In this document: positions 39,330 to 50,310 of the stretch, piece by piece | Layout of the letters: every line of letters begins with the position of its first letter | Numbering within the stretch: position 1 is the first letter of the stretch | Assembly (NCBI GenBank): GCA_964188305.1 | Contig: OZ076901.1 | DNA from: Podarcis bocagei | Taxonomy: Eukaryota | Reading direction: 5' to 3' (one strand) | Length of the DNA: 64,000 nucleotides | Notes under the pieces: generated by a model | Database searches by the model: none | What the model was told of the DNA's origin: nothing | Seen by the model: the letters and a program-made list of their open reading frames with translations, nothing else | Position numbers and translations under genes: made by a program

Positions 39330-41870
39330 CATAGTAGTTTCTTACATCTGGTTTTCTTAAGACAACACTGTGTGGGAATTGTAAAATTCCAGAGAAGCTT
39401 TTGCAAGGGTCCTGTGGTGATGCCTTCTGTAGGGATTATTGGCTATTCATTCAAGAGTTACAAATTTTGGCAATAATTTTCCTATCTTTGGGCTGCAGCT
39501 CACTCGTTGCATCATTTATTCTGTTATCACTAGGTTGGGCACTGCTTTCCTTTTGGGTGAAGACAGAGGCCATGTTAGAGTTGAGCAGTTCTGCCTTCTC
39601 TCTGTCGCCCAATAGCATTTCTCCATCTTCTCCATGCAAGAGATCTACTTGTTTGTTCTTCCTCTTTCTTTAAACATTGCTGACAAAACATTTTTATTCT
39701 TATTTTAATCTCTCTTGCAAGCCTGAGCTCATTCTGAGCTTTGACCTGGCTGATTGTCTTCTTGCAAGTGCTGGCTACTCATGCATATGCTTCCTTTGTG
39801 ATTCCCCCTTTCCTCCAAATCTTATACATGCCCTTCTTAAATCTCAGCTCATCTGTAAGCACCATATGCAACCACACCAGTTTCCTTAACTACACCCAAC
39901 TTTTCTTGTTGGAATAGTCTGCATTTGGACCTTTAAGAAACTCCTGTCCATCTTGAACACCCTTCTCTTTGAGTATTTCCGACCATGGGATCTCACCCAG
40001 TAGCTCCTTAAGCTTTCTGAAATCCACCTTCTTAAAGTCTGGAGTGCATGTCCAAGTATACCCAGCTTTCCCTTGGCTCTGTATCATGAAACCCAGGAAG
40101 ACAGGAGCACTTCCTTCCAAGGTTCCCAGTACTTCCCGTTCTTCTATCAGTTCCTTGCTGTTGGTGAGGATCAGGTCCAAGATCCCCTTGTTGTTTTCCA
40201 CTTTCTGGGAAATGAAATGGCCAGGGAGGCAATGGAGGAATTCATTGGCCCTTACATTCTTGGCAGAGTTTGAGTTCCAACAAATACTGGGGAATTTGAA
40301 TTCTCCAATGCCTACTATATCTCACCTTTTGAATGTTGGGTAATCTGTTCTAGGAAGGCATCATCAAGGTCCTCAAACTGGCTTGGAGGTCTATAGCAGA
40401 CACCCACAGTAAGGTTACTATTGTTTCCCTCTCCTACAATTTTTACTCATATACTCTCAATCTGCCTTCCATGCTTGGAATATACTCAGCGTTGAGAGTG
40501 GATTTCATGCTCTTTATTCAGCTCATAGTGGTAAGGAGGAATGAATGTTGCCCCAAAATATCTGCTTTATATACATTATTTACACAATAAGCTGCACATG
40601 ATAGGCTTATTCGAGATTCTCCTGTAGGCCAATCAGGTTGTGGATTCAATTCCACCTGGAGCTGGGTGGCTCCTGCGGACCAATCATACTGCTGCATTGT
40701 TCTAGGACCAAGCAGACTGCTGCATTCTGAATCCTATTGTTCTAGGACCAATCAGACTGCTGCATTTTGGATCCTATTCATCTCAGTACATAAACAGTGC
40801 TCCAGGTCATGGATCTCTTCACAAGTGTACACACAATAAACAATAAATAAAAATAAAACAATTATTTATACCCCGCCCTCCCTGGCCAGAGTCAGGCTCA
40901 GGGTGGCTAACACCAATAAAATCACAGTAAAAACATAATAGGGGAAAAAGAGAGAGGGGGAAACCCAATTTAAAAATACAGGTTAAAATGCAATTTACAA
41001 ATAATGCTACTCCTCCTCCCTTCCTGTTTGGTCTATACCCATTATTTCTTACATTACAGTCATGGGTCTCATCCCACCAGGTTTTAGTAATGCCTATTAT
41101 GTCATATTTGCCATGATGTATTATGAGCTCAAATTCATCTTGCTTGTTTCCTATACATTAGAGACAAGTGAAACCACAAGTCGTTCCCTCCAGCTGCTTC
41201 TTTTCTGTAGTTTGCTGCCCTTTAGCAGATTTCTGAAGCACCATCTTAGTTTAGCGTGTATCAATGAAGCTATTATCCCCAGTACCATGTGTTTCTCTGC
41301 CATCTGTAATATTGTCTCATTCCCCCTCGGGATTTCATTTAAAGCTCTCCTGATCAGGAGAGTGGCAGGAATTGTTCTGTACACCTCACCTTCCACAGAC
41401 ACCTTGGTGTCTTCTGAAGTCTGCAACTGCTGTCCTTGTTCCTCTGGCCCAGAACTGATGTTGGATGGGAGGTCATGGAATCCATTTTTCAGTTCCAGTG
41501 ACTCCAGACAGCCCTGCTTCTTTGTGTCATGTTCCTCTAGGGATTCGTATCCTGTTATAGGTGAATATCTTCCTCCCTAGGGAAATCCTACCTGCATCAC
41601 TGTTCCAGGGCAGTCTATTTTGCTCTATCGAGAAATTACTCACCTTGCCCACACTTGAAGTTCGGACAGAAAGGCCTCAAGTTCCCGTGCTTTCAGTTTG
41701 CACTTGCTGCAAGTGTTGTGTTGCACTTTCTCAGACAGAAAGACAAACATGGCACAGGTGATGCAGGTCACAGCAGCGACTCCTTCATCATCCATGTCTC
41801 TTGGTCATATGTGCAATGTGAGGGGCCTCCCTCTCAAATCACTCACACAAACATCCCTGTTTCCAAGTTC
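39330..41870 (-). mobile_element. Degraded CR1 LINE: ORF1 remnant plus ORF2 endonuclease region, with internal deletions
   Basis: ORF1 VTCITCAMFVFL..TCSKCK; ORF2 start GNKQDEFE; ILDLILTN.KELI, DF.KLKELLGEIPW, DREKAELLN..ASVFT. Confidence 0.85.
40490..40796 (-). mobile_element. Short solo LTR inserted in the CR1
   Basis: On -: three GGACCAA(T/G)CA(G/T)ACTGCTGCATT repeats (CCAAT), TATATAAAG, AATAAA; termini CGTTGAG...TAAACA (one end decayed). Confidence 0.7.
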
Positions 41871-42728
41871 TGGTCATGAGCTCCCAGAGACTGCAGTAAG
41901 GTAAATAGAAACTGCTCGATCTATTACAAAGAAATGCTTTGTATTGTGTTGTACTTTGTAAAAGTAGAATACAAGTGCTAATAGAAACAAAAGATTGCTC
42001 AGTTCTTTGGTTGAATTAGAAATCTGCTATAGATAGGAGGAAGCTAACAGTAATGTGGAGAAGTGAGGATGCTAAATGCCCTATAGACATGAAAAGAGGC
42101 TCACCTGGTGCATTCATTACATACCTTTAGGTGCCAGGCTGTGTAACATCCTGTGGCCTTTTAAATGTGTTTTCTGGTGTGTTCTGTGCACTCCCAAAAC
42201 TTTGTCTTTACATTTTCATCACAGGTTAACAGAAAATCAAATCAAGCATTTAACCAATCCCTGCCAGGAATTATTGAAGGTACCTGAAGCCCAGTGAAGA
42301 TCCATTCCTCCTCCCACAATGTTGCCAGATGCAATGCAACTGTGCAAAGAAGTTGAATGGCATATTAATTTAATGCCCAACAAATATTCACTTTCAACCA
42401 TCTGCAACTTCTATTCCAGAAATCTCAGTGATGGATTCACATGACAAGTCGGGGCCACTGAGAATAATAATTAAAACATCTAAATAATCATATTATAGTA
42501 TTGGGAGCCAATAGATTCATCATTATTTAAACAATGTACTGAAAACATGTTAGGCCTCTGTGGAGATGATATTGTTTAATATACGTTGCAAACCAGGCAC
42601 ACATATGGGAATTCTGCTCTATTTTTTGACAACTTTGAACAATAGACTTGCAAGGAAAAAACTTACAACACTCATAGAACTTTATCTGCTCCAGACAGCA
42701 AGGGAAGTTGCATGTCTTGCATGTCTTA

Positions 42729-42963
42729 TGCCAGTGTAGTCTAGCGGTTAGAGTGCTGGACAGCATCTGGAGATCAGGGTTCAAATCCCCACTCTCCCAT
42801 GAAGCTCACATAATGACCTTAGGCCAATCATTGTCCCTCAGTCTAATCTATTTCATTGGATTGTTGTCAGGACAAAATGGGGAAGGGGAAAGCCATATAT
42901 GCCCCCTTGAGCTTCCTAGAGTAAAGGCAGAATATATGTGTAATGATAATAAATGAATAAATA
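42729..42963 (+). mobile_element. Older Squam3-type tRNA SINE
   Basis: GCCAGTGTAGTCTAGCGGTTAGAGTG..GGGTTCAAATCCCC..TGACCTTAGGCCA..; AATAAAT tail. Confidence 0.75.
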
Positions 42964-43145
42964 CACTCTTTCCATTATTTTCTCTGTAGTCAAGAGGACT
43001 TGGCACTTGCAATTGTTTATGTAGAGACAACAGCATTTCCCCTGTTCCCTAGCTTTATTGTAGAACTGTGCAAATGGCCTCTTGAAATAGGTTCTCTAAC
43101 CTATTTGTGGACAGAGGAACTGGAGGAATTATTATTTATTGATTT

Positions 43146-43745
43146 TGTGGGATGTGAAACACAAGAGCAGTCAAGTACAACATCCCTAGAGTGGACTTAA
43201 AAGGGGATGTCTGGACCAGCCAGTTGGAACCTCCCATTTCTCCTAAGCTGGGACAGACTTCCTCTGCATGTGACTAGAGGTGGGCGTGGCCTCACCTGTG
43301 CAGGTAACAAAAGCATAGGACTGGCCGCCATCTCCCTCTCTCTGACAACATTCATCAAAGAAACAACATCTGCTTAGCCTAAGATGCTCTCTGGGCTTCA
43401 AGCCAAGAGAGGACAAAGGCACTGTCTCCTTATGGGATAGTTTCCAGGTATATTACTTTTCTAAGCTAAGTCTGCCTTCTGGGATCCAATTGTGAACAGA
43501 ATGTGTGAGTAAACTCTTTTTATACTTTTATAGAAGACTGTGTCATGACTATTCTTTTGAAAAGGGAATAAGGGGAAATACCAGGACAGTTATTTTAAAG
43601 GCTTATACAGGCCTAGCACACCTATCTGCTGCGTTAGTTTTAAAAGGGGAATGTTACTCTGCTAAATGATGAAACTTGTTAACAAATGTTGGGAAGGATA
43701 TAATTAAAAAATATATCCTCCCCTGCCTCCCTAAACATTCCCACA
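43146..43745 (+). mobile_element. Solo LTR (600 bp)
   Basis: Inverted ends TGTGGGA/TCCCACA, perfect 5-bp TSD GATTT, GGGCGTGG box, AGTAAA/AATAAA signals. Confidence 0.85.
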
Positions 43746-44587
43746 GATTTTATAACAGTAAAGGACCAAAGGTAACTCACAACAGGAATCTAAACAGACA
43801 ATAAAATGAATTTTAAAAGCACCTAATTGGCTGCTTGTTCATCTATTTGCATCGTGCACAATTATCCAAGGGGAGGGGATTTATTTGGTCCACTTTTCTC
43901 CACAAACTGAGCTTATTTGACAATCCTGAACTTGACTGTGGATCAGAAAACAACTCTTGATCACATGATGCAGTTTTCCAGATTTTGCAATGCAGTTTCA
44001 GTGTAAAAAGGTACCTATAATAATGTGTATTTTACCACTAAAGTGGGCATTTTATGGGAAAATGAACTGAAAAGCTTTGAAAATATATATTTTGATGAAA
44101 ATCCATGCAAACATAACATGTAGCAATGCATGTAATATTGTGTACAACTTAAATTTTTAAAATTCACATAGAACTATGAGTGAATTATCACTGATCTGGC
44201 CACCCCTGTCCAAGATTCTGGACATAGAATCTTCCTAGGGCATTGTGGGAAAGAAATGGTGTCTGCTTCCAAAAATGGAGAAATTTGGAGAAAAATCTGC
44301 AACATGGTCTTTCTAATTTTCTGGAGATTGAGGGGCAGGGAGGAATTGAGAAAAAGAAATAACTTTTATATATATAAAAAAGTCTGATTTGCTCTGCTTT
44401 TGCACCACTCTTCCTGATATTTTTCTTGTAGAAATTTTAAAATGACTTCTAGGATGCAAACTTTGCCACTATTTTCAGCTCCTTCAGTTCATTTGCATTG
44501 TTCACCCTCTGTGTTGCTGATGCATCTGCACTGATAAAACAAGATACAAAGACCAATCTGTTCGGATTTGAGTTTCTTAATGCTGTA

Positions 44588-44916
44588 CATTAGGTCCAGT
44601 CGTGACTGACTCTGGGGTTACGGCACTCATCTTGCTTTATTGGCCGAGGGAGCCAGCGTAGAGCTTCCGGATCATGTGACCAGCATGACTTAGCAGCTTC
44701 TGGCAAACCAGAGCAGTGCACGGAAACGCCGTTTACCTTCCCGCCAGAGCGGTACCTATTTATCTACTTGCACTGTGTGCTTTTGAACTGCTAGGTTGGC
44801 AGGAGCTGGGACCGAGCAACAGGAGCTCACCCCGTTGTGGGGATTTGAATCTCTGACCTTCTGATCGGCAAGCCCAAGAGGCTCAGTGGTTTAGACCACA
44901 GCGCCACCCGCGTCCC
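44588..44916 (-). mobile_element. Sauria SINE (Squam1)
   Basis: GGCCGAGGGAGCC..TTTACCTTCCCGCC..GGTACCTATTTATCTACTTGCAC..TTAGACCACAGCGCCACCCGCGTCCC. Confidence 0.9.
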
Positions 44917-44934
44917 TTATTTTCCCATTAAGTA

Positions 44935-45370
44935 ATTATTATTATTATCTATTAGATTTATATACCGCCCTTCATCATGCCCTTCATCATGATATCTCAG
45001 GGCAGTTCACAAGAAAAATCACAACTAAATAAATAAATAAATAAAACAAGGCAACAAACCAATAGCCGCCGTCCTCCCACAAGCACATTTCAAAGGCTGT
45101 ATAATATTAATCAGCCCAAGGCCTGATCGAAAAGGAACAAGTTTGCTTGCCACCTAAAGATATACAATGAATGCACCAGGCAAACCTCGCTGAGGAGAGT
45201 GTTCCAGATACAGGGAGCCCACTGCATCAAAGGCCCGTTCTCGTGTTGCCACCCTCCGGACCTCACGTGGAGGAAGCACACGAAGAAGGGCCTCAGATGA
45301 TGAACGCAGAATCTGGGTCGGTTTATATGGGGAGAGGTAATCCTTGAGGGATTGCAGTCCTGAGCCATAA
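44935..45370 (-). mobile_element. L2 3' fragment
   Basis: ORF LKDYLSPYKPTQILRSSSEALLRV..RERAF; L2 tail ATTTATATACCGCCC. Confidence 0.8.
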
Positions 45371-45522
45371 TGGAGATTGGTTGAAAAAAATGCAAGAAAA
45401 ATGTTCAGCACAACACTTTCACATAGGGCTGAACAAACAGACTTGTACCATACAACAAAAAGAATGCATTTGGAAACAGGCCAGGTAACATAAAACCTCT
45501 AATGCAGTTAAAATTCCCATTT

Positions 45523-46336
45523 GCATGTCGAGGTCCCCAATCCACCCCCAAAATAACTCACAACGGACACGTAATTTTTGTTTAAGATTTTTGGCATGAT
45601 TTTGGCCACAACTTTATTCAAATACAAACCGTGAGTGGTTGTTTAGGCATTGGTTAAGACTATCTGTCCCCCCCCCCCCCACCTGGGGACAGAACTGACT
45701 TCCGGGCACCACCGAAAGACAGTGCGGGGGAAAGCAAGTCGGGGAGAAATGGAGCTGAGTCACAGGCCCTCAATTCTCATCCGCATGCTCCCCGAAGGCT
45801 TGCCGGCCCTAGTCCCATTCCAGGGATTGGACGAAAAGATGGCAAGCCCCAGGATTCCTTTAACGGAATTCCCTTTCCACAGCAACCTTGGAGGGGCAGG
45901 CCCAGCCTATCCTAACCCCTCCTCCACCAATTTATAACCAATGCCTAACCGCAACCTTACAAGTTGTGACGATTTGCTACGCAGTAGGCAAAAACCACCC
46001 AGCCGGCCAGTTTGCCAGGTGGAAAAATTCCTACCAGGCCCCTGCTCAAAGGCAGACGACACCATGACAGGCATAGCAAGGTCAACGCAATAACCCCTTA
46101 CTCTAGGGCGGGTGGGCGGGTGATCCGTTGCACGCAGCAAAAGAGAAAGTACAAGGCTGCGTGCAGAGTATTTAAACCTTTTACCCCTCCCACCAAAATT
46201 GCAACATAACTTTTGCCCCAGCAACTCAGCAATCCAATCACTGCCCCCTGGCCATCTTGGAGAACTTACCCAGCAACAAAGGGGGTGGCTCAGTAGACCC
46301 CACCGCAACACGTGCTCTCCCTGAAGGAGAACACGC
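45523..46336 (-). mobile_element. ENE-bearing element, best full copy C (814 bp)
   Basis: Flanked by TTT/TTT; ends GCATGT...ACACGC; terminal hairpin GTGCTCTCC/GGAGAACAC. On -: AAGATGGC, ATTGG, TTTAAATA (46169-46176), U-loop motif, AATAAA (45613-45618). Confidence 0.8.
45983..46035 (-). ncRNA. ENE-like RNA motif, copy C
   Basis: RNA: GGUAGG-AA-UUUUU-CCACCUGGC-AAACUGGCCG-GCUGGGUGG-UUUUU-G-CCUACU (6-bp lower stem, U5/U5 loop, 9-bp upper stem). Confidence 0.65.
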
Positions 46337-49300
46337 TTTACTGATCCTCAGTCCTGATTTTCCTGTTTTGTGTTAATATTGGTTTCTGTGGGACAAGGTC
46401 TGCATGCACTGGGACAAAGGACAGTAGGGAAATTTGATCCAGTTCTCATTTATAAGTGGCTCACCCTAAATCACTGCAAAACAGCCACCCTTCAAAATCT
46501 GAACTTTTCTGAATTCCGTAATGCAGTTTTCCAACCAAGCAGTGTGAACAAAAATACATATCAATCATATGCTAGGGTAAAGGGTGCATAAGAATGTAGG
46601 TAGTAGTGAAAATACCATACAAAAATGCATTGCATGAAGGGAAATTGACTGATTCACCCATAAAAAAGGCTCTAGGCCTGAAAGGACCCTTGGTTGTTTC
46701 TTTATTGAGTTAACTTTGTTTCTTTTAAGGAAGTGGACAAAATCCAATTCAGAACAGCTGCAATAAACCAGCATTGTCACCTTGGGCTGGCAATAAGTTC
46801 TTTCAGTATACTTCATACACTGTGGCAACGGAGACCAACCACAGTTTCATATAAGACAGCCAATCTCTTCTCGTTTCTTGCATGGGGGTGAATGCCCCCC
46901 GCATTATGAAGAGTAGAGTAAAATTGCAAGGTATAAGGAATTCTTTATGAAAACAACTAGAAGCAGGGGAAAAAGGAAGAAATAAAGTGTATGTCTTTGT
47001 GGGGGGGGGTCATATTTGTGTTGTTGATCCTCGTTTCAATGAAGGTTTAAAATGTAAATGACAAGTGAAAGAATAGGAATGAAGTATCTTTAAAGTTGCA
47101 ACAAATCATTTTATATTGATAGAATCCTGGGCTTCGATCCAAACACAGCTCTTGCCTTAATGCAAGCTGATTTCAGGCGACTTCAAAATAGCCCAGATAC
47201 TTTGGTGATTGGCAGGTGCTATAGAGGCAGCTGCCAAAATCAAATTGATTTTCCCCACCCCAACTTCTTCTTTTGAAGGACTTGATCTTTTTATATGAAG
47301 CTAAAAATGAAAGCACGTACATATGATTTCTGGGCTGGTTTTAAATTTTTTGATGGGAGCTAAGTACAGCAAAGGATGGCCAATGATTTAAAAAATGGAA
47401 AGAAAGTGGGGTGTTTGTGTACGTTTCAAGAGATGTAAGGAAATTGTCTCAGGTGGGGGAATAAATGTGTCCCTGTTTTCTTTTAAAGCCAAATCTAGCC
47501 CAATTTACACTATCTGAAACAATATGTGAAATGAAGAGTAGTCATCATCCAAAAATGTTTTTGAAAAATTTTCTCTGTGTGTGTTGTTTTCTCTAATATA
47601 TATAATTCACACTTTCCTGAATTTTGCAATGCAGCTTGCCAGCCAAATAATGTTTACAAATAATGCATATCGTAGGGTAAGACGCGCATAATAATGTATA
47701 TGCCAGGGAAAACAACATACAAAATTCTTTATATTGGGGGAAATTACTTTGCTACAATGTTTATATTAGGCACAATTATATAGAAATTTGTGTCTTTTAA
47801 AAAAAAATCCAACTGATGTAGAAATGTGTAGAACTGAATTTAAGACTTGAACCTGGGAGAAACCATAATTGACAGATTTGCCTATGCCTAGATGTTCTTT
47901 ACAAATTACTGCAGTGCGGGGGGGGGGGGGACGGGGACACAGCACTGCATGCCTGTGCTTGGTTTCATGATTAAGCATTTTGAGCTCACCACAATTGTTC
48001 TAAGAAGGATGAACTTTAGTCTTCTCCAAATGGTGGCTTCTACAGCTATGTTCCATTAACAGATGGAACTAGCTCAAGAATTCACTAGGCAGAAAACTCA
48101 ATTGCACTTGAGAGCATGGCAGTTAGAGATCACATAATCAACTCCTTTGGATACAACAGGTTGGAAGTGGGATTCACTACTGGGGGGTCCAGCAAAGGAA
48201 CATAAGTTCAAAAATGGTGCAAAGATGAGGATCCACTCAATGTTCATTGTTCAATAAAAAAAAAAGTCCAATGTGTTGGGGGAGGGGGCGGAGATGAGCA
48301 GAAAACAGAAAGAGGAGGAACTTGAAAAAGCCTCTTCTAATCCACTGAGAGCTCTTTGCTTGCTAGCACATTTCACACATCTGTTGTGGGCTCAAGAGAT
48401 ATGGATTCCAACAGCAATATAAATGAATTCAAACACACATTACAGGTCTGATTAATTTTCTGCTGGGGACATTTTTAAAATACTTGTCAAGTAATCTTTG
48501 TGTCGTGCGGCATATGATACGACTCCCAAGTACTTGTTTCTTCCATATGGGGAAGGCTTGCCAATATTAGCAGCACTGAAGTCTTGGAGTGCTGCTGACT
48601 GCTAATATTCTGGAAGACTGGTGTTATTATTGGCAGGGTTTCTCCTGATGTTTCAGAAAGAATAACAGGTGGCAACAGAAGGATTTGTTCATATTGAAAC
48701 ATTTATAATTTCTTGTAGCTTTGAGATTTCCCCCCGGGCGTTGAAGGGAGTCTGAAGTAACCTTTGTGTCTATGCAATGCATGAAAAATGCTTTGCCCAA
48801 ATTTCTCCACAGATTTAGGAATTCCAAATTACCTTGCTCCTTTATGGAGAGTTTATATCCAATTATGGATCATGGACTGCTCATCACAACATTGCATAGC
48901 CAGTCAGATTCAGTTAGGCGTTTACCTTGTTGATGGCAAACCAGGATTATTTAAAAAGAGAGCAGAGGTTTTGTGGGCTATTAACATTCAAGTAATCTCA
49001 GTAATCAGAAAGATAAAGAGAAACAAAGCACATTTTTTGCAGTCCCTGACTCTGACCATTTCCCTTACTTTGCAGCAGGAATCCTTGAAAAATCGCTGAA
49101 AATGATTTGTATTTAAAAAACAAATTTTAATCAACTCTGAATGCAAAATGGTTCCTGCAGTGCTTCTATTCATTTAATATTGGAATCGATTTAACAGTGT
49201 TAAAATACACTGCGCATATTGAATTATTATTATTATTAAAACACATGCCCCCCTTTTCTCTCTAAAACAAACTCAAAAGTGCTTCAAAAATAGTCCACTG

Positions 49301-50164
49301 AACACACACACACACACACACACACAGGGAAAAACCAATTCAAATTATTCATATCAGTTTCATATAAAAAAACCCGAGAGCAAGCTCCCCCCCCCCCGAA
49401 CTTTTTCACATTGGGTGTGGAGCTCATCTCTTCCACCTGCACACACTACTCAAAAATAGCATCACTGCAATTATAAGTGCAAAGGCTTTACTTTTTGTGC
49501 AGTTTCTTTTGAAAAATGCATGCTTGTGAATCAGTAAATGTTGGGAGCAGGGTAAGAGGTACAAAAGCATTAACGGGATGAAAAACTCCAGCAAACTGTA
49601 CATGTCCAATTCCATATTTAATTTTAGAAATTATCTCACAGTGCAAAAGTGCAACTGTATTCAGTTGAGGCTTACTCCCAGGTAAGTCCTTATAGGATTT
49701 TGGCCTTAGGTAAACTGGAATTAAGGAAATGTGAAATAAAGGGCAAAATAAGCCAGTACAGTATGAACTCATTGTTAAGGATCAAGAAGAGTTTGTTTGT
49801 TTTTTCCAGTTCAATTTTAATGCAAATCTACTAAACCAAAACACAGCTATCCTTCATAATATGCAGTTCTCTGTACACAACCAAAACACACATACATTCA
49901 AAATATACATATTGGGGGGATCAGCATGCAAAAGTTGTGTATGTTAGTGGTAATAAGATGGAAACAAATGCACTGTATTAAGGGAAATTGCTTGCAAAAT
50001 TGTGTATATTAGGGAAAATGTGTATATTAGGAGCGTGAAAAAGTGTGAAAAACGCTACCATTATTTTCTGTGCTAGGGAAGGGAATGAGAATACAAATGC
50101 AGAAATTGGGTGAACCGAACTGAGGATTTGAAAAATAAGAAACTTTGAGAAACTTTTGGTCTAT

Positions 50165-50310
50165 GAAGCTCAGTATTGCTCACACTTTGGGCTTGCAGCT
50201 CTCCAGGGTTTCTGAGAAGCGTCTCTGCTAGCCCAACCTAGAGATGCTATGGCTGGAAACTTTGACCTTCTGCATGCAAAACTGATACTGTACCAAGAGC
50301 TATGACCCAG
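50165..50310 (-). mobile_element. Degraded Squam2-like SINE
   Basis: AGCTCAGTATTG..CTCTCCAGGGTTTC..GACCTTCTGCATGCAAA..GAGCTATGACCC. Confidence 0.6.

Noticed and set aside
45930-45982. MALAT1-like A-rich tract plus mascRNA downstream of the ENE
   Set aside because: Only AGCAAA(A) is present and no tRNA-like cloverleaf or GUUCRA loop is visible; a poly(A)-binding PAN-type ENE fits better.
45526-46310. Reading copy C as a TG..CA LTR (TGTCGAGG...GCAACA)
   Set aside because: No matching 4-6 bp TSD. Homology with copy E extends beyond these points to GCRTGT/ACAYGC and TTT flanks.
46430-50160. Recurrent degenerate blocks (GCAATGCAGTT..AAATGCATAT..AGGG) at ~43900, 46500, 47600 and 49850
   Set aside because: Probably an old interspersed repeat; too decayed to define ends or class.
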